From a virus: a DNA stretch of 64,000 bases. A model generated the notes under the pieces. The model saw nothing but the letters and a program-made list of their open reading frames with translations. It had not been told where the DNA came from and did not search any database. How positions within the stretch are numbered: the first letter of the stretch is position 1; every line of letters starts with the position of its first letter. This document shows, piece after piece, positions 1 to 9,100 of the stretch. The stretch covers positions 32,001 through 96,000 of IMG/VR virus record IMGVR_UViG_3300044535_000472; one strand, given 5' to 3'. Made by a program: the position numbers and the translations under genes.

Positions 1-303
1 GTACCTGTTAACAATGCTGTAGTATCTGAAAAGATTGGAGATGTAATTAACTATCTTATCTTACTAGAGGCTATGCTGAATGAGAAATGTGAAAGACACT
101 GTAAGCTTAAAGAAGCATATGATAAATACAAACTTTATAATAAAGATTCTGTAGATAGATTGTCTATGTGGACTAGTGACTACACTAAGAATACGGACAT
201 GTTAGGTCTTGTTAAGATGACAGCTACTAATCCTATTAGTAAAGGTAGTGACTATGATGTAGATAAGGTAAAGTATAATACTAACGGAGATAAAGGATAT
301 TAA
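1..303 (+). CDS. 5'-truncated protein, all-alpha NTP-pyrophosphatase-like (DUF1599/MazG-like) candidate
   Basis: Frame 1 is open from base 1 (VPVNNAVVSEKIGDVINYLILLEAML...), so the tracked ATG at 73 is internal. EKIGDVINYLILLEAM resembles the E..D..NY helix of all-alpha NTP-PPase-like phage proteins. Confidence 0.45.
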   Translation, partial: VPVNNAVVSEKIGDVINYLILLEAMLNEKCERHCKLKEAYDKYKLYNKDSVDRLSMWTSDYTKNTDMLGLVKMTATNPISKGSDYDVDKVKYNTNGDKGY

Positions 304-686
304 TGAAGAAGTTTATAGATATGGTAGCGGAATTCCATACCGCGTTTAACATGCCAGACCCACAAGATTACAAACAACTTACACAAGAACAATATGAGTT
401 ACGTCACAGGCTCTTGGATGAAGAGAACAGGGAGTACCTTGAAGCTTGCGATGCTGATGACTTGGTGGGTATCGCTGATGCTCTTGGTGACCAGTTATAT
501 ATTATTTACGGGACTATTCTTAAGCATGGCTTACAAGATAGGATTGAAGAAGTCTTCGCGGAGATTCACAGATCAAACATGAGTAAGCTAGATAAAAATG
601 GAAAACCCATCCTCAGAGAAGATGGGAAGATCCTTAAAGGTGAGAATTACTTCAAACCTGATATCAAGAAAATACTAGGGGTTTAA
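303..686 (+). CDS. MazG-like / PRA-PH-like nucleoside triphosphate pyrophosphohydrolase (127 aa)
   Basis: V.EFH.AF, LLDEENREY, IADALGDQLYIIYG, EIHRSNMSK and REDGKILKGENYFKPDI are characteristic of this all-alpha NTP-PPase family. Confidence 0.8.
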   Translation: MKKFIDMVAEFHTAFNMPDPQDYKQLTQEQYELRHRLLDEENREYLEACDADDLVGIADALGDQLYIIYGTILKHGLQDRIEEVFAEIHRSNMSKLDKNGKPILREDGKILKGENYFKPDIKKILGV

Positions 687-826
687 CGACCTTGTCCTCT
701 GTAAGCTTTCTTGTAGTTCTTACTAGACTTTAATCGACTAGTTTTAGTTTTTGCTATTACTCCAGGGCGACTAACCTTAGTTGCTCTCGGAGCATAGCTA
801 TTCTTTGCATTTACAACTTTTGCCAT
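683..826 (-). CDS. small basic protein, 47 aa (MAKVVNAK...SSKNYKKAYRGQGR)
   Basis: Manually translated, not in the ORF track. A-rich leader. The YKKxYRGQGR ending is a recurrent motif of small basic phage proteins. Its stop overlaps the convergent stop of 303..686 (TTAA). Confidence 0.75.
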   Translation of the reverse strand: MAKVVNAKNSYAPRATKVSRPGVIAKTKTSRLKSSKNYKKAYRGQGR

Positions 827-842
827 TATTTTATATTTTCAA

Positions 843-989
843 TTAAGATCCGCAATATAAACAACCGTCATCAGCATCTTCGCTGTCGCCTGCTAATATC
901 TTTTTGCATTCAGCATCCACCTGGTCATCAGACCATTGTGGATGGAATGCTTTTACTTGAGCTCTAAGAAATTGGTAATCGTTATTCAT
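843..989 (-). CDS. small acidic protein, 48 aa, ending in CxxC (MNNDYQFLRAQVKAFHPQWSDDQVDAECKKILAGDSEDADDGCLYCGS)
   Basis: Manually translated. The start is coupled to the upstream stop (TAATG overlap at 987-991). Confidence 0.7.
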   Translation of the reverse strand: MNNDYQFLRAQVKAFHPQWSDDQVDAECKKILAGDSEDADDGCLYCGS

Positions 990-1486
990 TACTTTTTACC
1001 CATTTTCTTCATAGTCATTTTAGATTTAGGACTTGCTGCACCACCCATTTTTTTCTTCATGTTCATGACTCTATCAGAAGCTTTTTTACCAGCTGCATCC
1101 ATTTCACTTTTAACAGTTGGTAGGTTCATGTAAGGTCTAACAGTTTCTTGTATACTGAATAATCTTGGATTTATATCAGCACCTTCTGACTTATAAACTC
1201 TTTCTGCTGCAGCATTACCAGCTACTTTAGCAGCTTTTGCTTTTTCAGATGCTGACATTGATGCTATTCTTGATTCAAGTGCTTTTTTTGCCGAACTAGC
1301 TCCTGATTTTGCAGCAGTACTAGCTACTTTACCTTTAGTTACAGTACCCTTGTACTGATACTTTGCGGTACCACCTTTAGACATAACGCCTGCTACTTTA
1401 GTAGTTCCACCTTTTTTGTAACTAGCTGCTTGTCCAGCTCCTCCACTACGTGGATTACGTCCCATAGGACTTGAAATTTTTGCCAT
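989..1486 (-). CDS. Lys/Ala/Gly-rich basic protein (~165 aa) with repeated xKxGG motifs; putative DNA-binding/virion core protein
   Basis: The likely start is the ATG at 1486 (MAKISSPMGRNPRSGG, after the A-rich leader AAAACACAATACA) rather than 1555, which overlaps the upstream gene. Motifs SYKKGG, VMSKGG, KKMGG. Confidence 0.7.
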   Translation of the reverse strand: MAKISSPMGRNPRSGGAGQAASYKKGGTTKVAGVMSKGGTAKYQYKGTVTKGKVASTAAKSGASSAKKALESRIASMSASEKAKAAKVAGNAAAERVYKSEGADINPRLFSIQETVRPYMNLPTVKSEMDAAGKKASDRVMNMKKKMGGAASPKSKMTMKKMGKK

Positions 1487-1497
1487 TGTATTGTGTT

Positions 1498-1962
1498 TTA
1501 GTTTGTTATAATAAGAATACTTAATAAAAATACGGAGATTCCTCCGAATATCCAATTATTTTTTTTAGCTATACCAAGATTATCTTGTGATATCTTTAGG
1601 GAATCCCTGGTTCCTAAAAGGTTTGCATGTAGCTCTGCATTGTTATCCAGGCAATCTTTTGTTCTCTGGTTTGCATCATCGAGGAAACCGCTAATCTTTT
1701 TAATTTCGTATTCTTTATCAAGGATACGGAGCTCATGGGTTTTAATGATCTCGTCTTTTCTTGCAATACTTTTCTGCAGGTAGTCATAGTCCACAATAGA
1801 TTTAAGCAAGATCTCCTCTTGTTTATCTGTGAAGAAGACACCTTTGTTACCATTGTAGTTAATTCTTTGGGGAGTAAGCTGCCCATATACGGTCACGCTG
1901 CTCATCGGTTGCGTTAGGGATAATAGCAATAACAATATCCCGGTTACCCTTGTCTTTGTCAT
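1498..1962 (-). CDS. secreted coiled-coil protein with C-terminal TM; spanin-like component candidate
   Basis: Sec-type signal (MTKTRVTGILLLLLSL...VYG/Q), coiled-coil middle and C-terminal hydrophobic helix (WIFGGISVFLLSILII). Last gene of the lysis cassette; overlaps the upstream gene by 104 bp. Confidence 0.55.
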   Translation of the reverse strand: MTKTRVTGILLLLLSLTQPMSSVTVYGQLTPQRINYNGNKGVFFTDKQEEILLKSIVDYDYLQKSIARKDEIIKTHELRILDKEYEIKKISGFLDDANQRTKDCLDNNAELHANLLGTRDSLKISQDNLGIAKKNNWIFGGISVFLLSILIITN

Positions 1963-2224
1963 CTTGTTGGTTTATTGTGTTTATGTGGTTAACTCTCTGA
2001 ATATCAACTATATGTAGGCTGTCTTGTAGTATCTTAAATTTTAAAGAGTCAATAGCAATACTATCTCTGATATCATCAGCATAAGACTTACGCTTGAGTT
2101 CTTCTATCTGAAGGTCCTTTACTTTATTCTTATACATAAGCAAACCTATAGAGCCCCCTATTATAAGTATAACAACTAATACAGCTATCTCACTGTACAG
2201 TTTCTTCATTTGCTGGCGTGTCAT
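1859..2224 (-). CDS. inner-membrane spanin (Rz-like) candidate
   Basis: N-terminal TM (IAVLVVILIIGGSIGLLMY) followed by a coiled-coil periplasmic region; lies after the holin-like genes and endolysin. Confidence 0.6.
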   Translation of the reverse strand: MTRQQMKKLYSEIAVLVVILIIGGSIGLLMYKNKVKDLQIEELKRKSYADDIRDSIAIDSLKFKILQDSLHIVDIQRVNHINTINQQDDKDKGNRDIVIAIIPNATDEQRDRIWAAYSPKN

Positions 2225-2471
2225 TTGTTTCTTCTTTAGGTTTAAATGGTATGTTCATCTTCTGAGTAAATACACCTTCAAGCATTGTTCCTACAAATAC
2301 CCCACCGCCTATAAACATAATAGTATTATACATGTACTCCGGGGTTTTGTATTCTGAGAATGTAGCTATCCATGCTAAAGCAGACCCTGTTATAATACAG
2401 TAGAGACCCACAAGTCTTTTAGAACTCTGGTCTCCGTCTTTACTTAATATAGATAGTACCCACTTTTTCAT
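2190..2471 (-). CDS. holin-like two-TM membrane protein
   Basis: SSKR followed by two hydrophobic helices and a charged C-tail; located in the lysis cassette. Confidence 0.6.
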   Translation of the reverse strand: MKKWVLSILSKDGDQSSKRLVGLYCIITGSALAWIATFSEYKTPEYMYNTIMFIGGGVFVGTMLEGVFTQKMNIPFKPKEETNDTPANEETVQ

Positions 2472-2638
2472 CTCTTTAATTCTTTAATAGTGTCATTGCA
2501 CTCTTCCAGTCTCTTAATTAACCTTTCTTTTTCAGCTTTGTCTCTCTTCCAATATTGCCATAAAATAAAACCCATTGCTAAGGTCATCACCCCTAGGGCA
2601 CCAAAGTCTATAAGTCTTTCTATAAACGCCTGTTCCAT
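2468..2638 (-). CDS. 56-aa single-TM + coiled-coil protein, holin/antiholin-like
   Basis: Manually translated: MEQAFIERLIDFGALGVMTLAMGFILWQYWKRDKAEKERLIKRLEECNDTIKELKR. It fills the gap between the endolysin and the 93-aa gene, with an ATGA overlap at 2468-2471. Confidence 0.7.
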   Translation of the reverse strand: MEQAFIERLIDFGALGVMTLAMGFILWQYWKRDKAEKERLIKRLEECNDTIKELKR

Positions 2639-2639
2639 T

Positions 2640-3185
2640 TTAAAATTCTCTTAGTAGTGTATATGTAAATGCTTTTTTACCAGAAGCTTTACAAGCTGCA
2701 ATCAATGTAGCATATTGCTTAGGATCATTAAGTACTTGACATCCTGCTGACCACTTATCTATAAGACTAGAGATAGCTGATGCATTAGCGCGATGGATAT
2801 TGATACCAAATAAACCGGTATCTTCTTTACCTTGCTCTTCTGCCGTATCATCTTTGTCACCATCGCGGTATACAGTTACAGGTTTACGTTGTACTAACGC
2901 TTCATACTTACCTTGGTGTAATCCTAATTGGTAAGCGTCGACATATTGTCCTGGTTTCAACACTGCTGTACCTTTAGGGTTTAGCAAATTTTTTAACCAG
3001 TGTGTACCAGGATTAGTTGTTCCTGAGAATACATGCATCATTGGACCATTCACTAAGTAAAAGGTATCATCAAACTTGTTTTTCTCATTAGCCTTAGACC
3101 TTACTCCAATAACGTGTAAGGTTGGCCATTGATATCCTAGTCTAGCAAATTCTGCTTCTAGCTCTGCGTATGAATACTTTTTCAT
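2640..3185 (-). CDS. endolysin candidate with YkuD/L,D-transpeptidase-like catalytic motif
   Basis: GINIHRAN...DKWSAGCQV matches the H-x(n)-S-x-G-C signature of L,D-transpeptidase-fold enzymes; directly upstream of the holin/spanin-like genes. Confidence 0.7.
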   Translation of the reverse strand: MKKYSYAELEAEFARLGYQWPTLHVIGVRSKANEKNKFDDTFYLVNGPMMHVFSGTTNPGTHWLKNLLNPKGTAVLKPGQYVDAYQLGLHQGKYEALVQRKPVTVYRDGDKDDTAEEQGKEDTGLFGINIHRANASAISSLIDKWSAGCQVLNDPKQYATLIAACKASGKKAFTYTLLREF

Positions 3186-3197
3186 AAGTTTTATTTA

Positions 3198-6100
3198 TTA
3201 ATCTCTAACCGTTAACTTTTTACGTTCTGTTTCCATTTGTTTTTGTCTACCCGCAGGATTTATAAACTGACCACTTAATCCAAAAAATCCAGCAAGTGTT
3301 GCATACCATTTTGGATCACCAGCTTTTTCCCAAGGATATGGACCAGAATCCTGTTGATATATACCAGCTCTATCATCGTTAATATCAGCTGCAATATAGT
3401 TAATTAATTCTACAGAACGATTTAAAGTAGGATTAAGAGCTGCTCCAGTTTTAAGGTTAAATATACTCATAAGATTACCTAACCCATAGCCAGACATTGC
3501 AAGCCAGTCTTCTTGGTCATGACCTACACGAGTTGTAATATATAAAGCTTGTAACTTTAACCATTCTTGTGAATTAAATCTTGCAGTTTCTTTTTCATTA
3601 CCTCCATATAAATCAGCTTCAACTTCAGCACCTAAAATAGGTAATGGTCCACTTCTTCTATAAAGTTTTTTCCAGGTATCAGGAGTTGGTAATTCTACTA
3701 TTCCTTTTTCTTCTTTTTCACGTTGTTCTTTTCTTTTTTTCAAATAGCTTATCATAGCTCTTTCGTCTCCAGTTGTAGCCAGCCTTAGTTTAGCTTTTAA
3801 ATCCTCTTTTCTTTTCTTTCTAGCTTGTTCTTCTAAAGCTTCTTCTTCATCATCATCTGGATTGTAACCTAACCATACGGACTTCATATAGCCAATTGCC
3901 ATTAGCATAGTAATCCACCTTACGGTTTTCATTATATATACACCCTCTTCTCTTGAAGGAGATACTAATCCTGATCCGTATGTTCTTACACTTTTAGTAA
4001 TATAGTTAGTTACAGCACTAAAGAATCCCATGTGAATGTCATCATTACCCCAATCATATCTTCCAGAACCTTCTCCTTTAAACAGGTTACCTTTTATACC
4101 ATAGTGGTTAATTAACATTCTAGTTAAGTGCTTTTGAATAAAAGACACTATTCTATATAAGGCCCATTGAGCAGCTCTAGGTTGATCAAATTCTCCAAAT
4201 GCTCCGTTTATATTAGATGTAACGGTTTGCATTCTACTTTTCATTTTTAAGAACTCTGAACCATTTATACCATACTTTGGATCAATACCATCTTTTAGCT
4301 TTATAACTTTATCTGGTCCTATTTCCCAAGCATCTAAGTAGTTTATATATTTTGTTTTAGTACCTATAGTTCGCGGAACTTTTTTATAATGCATTAATGC
4401 ACCCATAGTTTGCATCGTTGCTAACATCTCAAACCACTTACGTGTGTTAGTTAAGAAGTTAAGTCTAACAACATCACCTGCAAGATTTCTAGAAAGACCA
4501 TCGTCTAATGCTCTTTTTTGGTAGTCTTGCCCAGGATCAAAAATTTCAATAAGTTGACCCACAAGTGATTTAGGACCTGTTTTATAAATCTCAGCAGTTA
4601 CCGTACTCATTGCATGTACACCAAAGAGCTTACCAGCTTGTAAGCTAACTGGATTAGTATACTTAAATGCCCAACCTTCAATTTTTAATTCCATTAAGGC
4701 ATCATAGTAGTTTACAAGAGCACTACTTGGGTCTAAAGAAAAGTAACCAAATGATGCTATTTTAAACAATCCCCCAAAGAAATTATTTAGTCCTACTGCA
4801 CCAGCGCCTTTACCATATTTTTGACCTTCAAATTCTCTTGCTACAAGATAATCTAATGATGCGTATCTTGGGGTATCTTTAAACCAGCCAATTGTTTTAT
4901 CTACACGACCTTTTCTTTTTTGTTGTTCAGATGTAACTATTTCACCAGCACTATCTAGTTTATTTTTTACATAAATTCTTTCTCCGGTTTTAGAATCTTT
5001 CTCATAATAAAATTCTCTCATGGCCTTAGCCATTGGAGATAGTTCAACAAGCTTCTGATGCTTTTCTAAAGATGCCATATAACGCATTGTACTTTTTACA
5101 AAGTTTCTTGATACGTTATTAAACTCAATATTAGATCTACCTTCAATAGGAATTTTTGAATTTTGCTTAGCAAAGAAACTTAATGCTTCTACCTCATAGC
5201 TTTCTTCAAAGTTTGTATCACCTTCTTCAAATGAACCAGCTTGTGGTTTAAAGAATCTTACTACATCGTCATACCAACGACTAAATACTTTTGGTTTCTT
5301 TAAGTTAGATTTACCAAATACACTTTTCTTTGTATTTCTTAATGCATCTCCTATATCTTCTGCTATATCTGTGGTATATCTAGGAAGCTCTAAGTACATT
5401 TTTGTGCTACGGTCTTTGCCTTCTTGAATACCTACATAAAATTCTTTATACTTTTCAAGGGCATCAAACATAGCTTTATCTGTACGGCGAAGTTCTGCAT
5501 ATCGGCTATTTATAAAACGACCATCTGGTGCACCTTGTGTTAAGCGTTTAGGTAACCAGTTTCCTTTATTGTCCTTGTTAGGCGGAATCACATTACCATC
5601 TGCATCATATGTGTTAGGTAATATTTCTTCAGTTAAGAACTCTGGTTTAACATCAAACGTGTAGTACTCTAAATTAGGTGCTGCAAATAGTGTTTCTTTT
5701 ATAATATTACCTTTTTCATCTGTTTCATGAGTTGCATTAGGAATTTCAGTGCTTTCAAATAATCTATTATCTGAAGGTACATTGTAACTCCAAACTTGTA
5801 CTCTTTGCCAAGCATCTGACCAGCCTCCTTTACCATCATACTTTTTTACGCGTATGTGATTTTTATCAAACCAAATTGCAAACTGTGCATTTTGAGATTT
5901 TATTTCATCTACAACGTCATCTAATAAAAAGTAACTATCTGCATTTGTTTCATCTATATGATTAACACCTATGTCATCAATCATAAATTGTTTATCTATA
6001 AGACTTATGTAGTTGTTATAGATATCTAAGTAGTATGCAGTAGGTTCTTTATCACTAATACTTCTTAAAGTTTTATATGCAGTAGCTAGTGCTTTATTTT

Positions 6101-9100
6101 CATCTTTAGTTAGACCATTATAAGATTGCTTTTCAAATAATTCAGCAGCACGATCTTGTTCATCTTGTGATGGCATTTGTCCTATACCAACATTAGCAAG
6201 TGCAAAGCGTTCTACATAATCAAGTAAGAAATCATTTTCTTCTTCGGTAAGATTATTTATTTTACCTGAGTTTTCTTTAGTGTAAGCAATAACTTCTTGA
6301 AGGCTTTTGATAAGCTCCATACCTTCTTCTGTTATTTCACTAGCTGCTACTACACCACTTTCATCTCTATTAATAGAAGCAATATCATTTATAATAGCAT
6401 ATAAGTCACCAACTGATTCTATTTGATCAATTATATCTTGACTTACATTTCTTTTTGCTAATTCATCCTTAATAACTTTAGCAGTTGCCTCTGCTATTTT
6501 AGGATCTTTTTTAGCTTCTAATTGTTTAATACTTTCATAAAGAGCAGCTTGGATCTCATAGTATTCTTTCTTTGGAACCTTTCTTGTATTTTTTGCAAGC
6601 CACGCTTCACGCTCATTTAAAAATTCTTCAGAAGTTCTATCTCCACCTATGCTTGGTCTCAACAATAATTGTTGCTCGTAGTCTGCTAGTGCTTTTAAAA
6701 ATACTCCAGGACGAGGCTTAGACTCATAAAAACTAGAACTTAAATCTCTATATTCACGTAATCTTTCGGCAATAAGTTTATCCTCACCTTCTTTAAGATT
6801 TCCAAATTCATCTACTAAGCTATATAAAAATCTTTTTTCTCTTAATGCTAGCTTACGTACTTCGGTTTCATCTTTAATTTCAAAACCTTGACGCTTCATG
6901 TCTTTCCACATTTGAAGCTTTTCATTAACAATATCAAGTCTTCTTTTAGCTTCGGCGCCTATATCATCTCTTTCAAATAACTCTTGTCTTTCATAGTACT
7001 CTGGTTTATACTTATTGTTAAAGTATAAACGTCGCATCTTATTATACTCTTGTCTAATGTTGTTATATTCTTTTTTATCATCATCATTTAAAGTACTATA
7101 GTATTTTAAACGAGCTTTTTCAAGTCTAAAAGTTTCTTGGGCATCCCACCATTCATACCCTACAAATTCATCTAAGAACTTTAATACTTTAAATTCATAA
7201 AGATTACCATCTGGATGTTTTTCAGCTATGCTATCTTCCATTAAGAAGGTATCTGCTTTACTAATTAAGTTTCTAGCATTAATACCAGCTTTTTTAAGTG
7301 CTGGTATAACTTGCGATGAAAACATAACTTTATGCATATGGATTTTTGATTCCATTTCCATATAGTTAGTTCTTAAATATTTAGCAAATGCTCCTATAAC
7401 AGGATCTTGATTGACTAAGTAACTTTCAAATAATGAATTCATTTGACTTGCAAAACCATTGTTTACAATATCACCCATTACCATTTTTTCAAAAGTCTCT
7501 TTAGTAAGCTTTATACTATTGTAAGCAGCCTCTTCTACAGCTAGTAATCTTCTAGTAGCTAATGGAGAGTTCTCTAAAAATGCTTTACGCTTTAACCAGC
7601 GCTCATCTATTTTTTTAGCTGTTGGTTCAACAAATTCCCAAAGTGTATCTGTTAAGTTTTCTCCATAGATGTATAGTGCAGATCTTTTACCCCTTTCGGA
7701 TGCATTTCTAATATCTGATACAAGACTATAAAGTTCGGATTTTTCCGTAATACCAAGATCTTCTAAATCTTTAATAACCTTTGTTGCTAAGTCAATATAT
7801 GAATCTAAATAGTCAGTAAGATTTTTAACACGATAAATACTATCTGGAGTTACACCAAGTTTTTTTATTTCCTCAATTCTATTAGTTATCTTATCAGCAA
7901 TCATGTACGTTTGCTGCAAGCTGTTAACAAAAGCAATAGCAAGTTTTCTATTCTCTTCTACCAAATCTTTAATATGCCTAACTCTATTAGACTCATAACT
8001 ACTAAGAGTAGATGTTATATATGCTAAATCTCTACTATCGTCATTTGTTAGTAGGAGAGCAAGTTCTTGGTACTCATCTTTAGTGGTAGCTCGGAGCTGA
8101 TCACTAAATAATTTATACATGGCATCTATATTCTTTTTAAGCTGCGCATGTGTTTTTTTGGCAGTCTCATCATCAACTGCATTATCCAATTCTTTGATGA
8201 AATCGTTAATCTCCTTAGCATACTGTACTCTATTATCTTCAATAGACTCTTTAGTAGCTATAGACGTATCTATATTAAACTTCTCAGATAGCATTTCATT
8301 TGCTAAATCCATAAAAGAAGTATTAACTCCTAGGTCACTAAGCTTAGGTCCAGCACCAAATAGTTTTCTAAAGAACTTTTTAATTTGATAAAGTATATTA
8401 GAAACCATTTCGCTAAATGAATTTGGCATTGGTGTATTAGAAAGCTGAGCCTGTCCAGCCATAGTTAATACATGCACAATAATCTCTTCTGAAAAGCCTT
8501 GTGGATCTCCTTCAAGTTCAGGATACTGTTTTAAAAAGTTTTCTTGTAGTCCTAGTTTACCTAACTCAGACCAAGCTTTTTTAGCTAATTTTTGAAACAG
8601 CTCTGGGTTTTCTTTTGCCAAGTACTTTACAAAAGGGTGAGCAAACTCGTGAAATAAAGTCTTTGTGCTTAATGCACCATCTACTACATATACTTTTCCA
8701 TTATAAACAAATGCAGGTTCATTATTATAAGGAGCCTTTGTATTTTTAGTAAGCTCAATAGCATCATTTACAGATATAAATTCTACTTCAGGTTCACCAA
8801 ATACATTTGTCATGTTCATGCTAGCAGCTAAGTTTTTTACAACTTGCATGGCTTGAACATGTTCGGCTTGCTCCTGTGTTAAAGTATCTGTTAATAAATC
8901 ATCTATTGCAGCATCCTCTTCACTACGAGTAAGACCTAGTAAATCATCAATAGCTTCAATCTCCCTAATAAACCACGCCCTATCTATACCACTTTCTTGT
9001 GAATTAGGTGAGTTAGGTTGTATCGGTAGCGGGGTTTTAAATACTTTTATGTAATACTTTTGAGGCCCGTTTCTTAAATCATTCTCCTCTTTTACAACAT

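Noticed and set aside
683-686. Convergent stop-codon overlap (TTAA) with no terminator between the two transcription units
   Set aside because: A common compact-genome arrangement marking the late/early module boundary; nothing further supports a special function.
1526-1546. CGGAG-GAAT-CTCCG hairpin plus T-run resembling a terminator
   Set aside because: It lies inside the coding sequence of the C-terminal TM of the 154-aa gene (FGGISVFLL); the short stem is likely a codon by-product.
1487-1555. N-terminal extension of the 188-aa ORF starting at 1555
   Set aside because: It overlaps the 3' end of the upstream gene; the ATG at 1486 has a typical A-rich leader and starts the basic domain.
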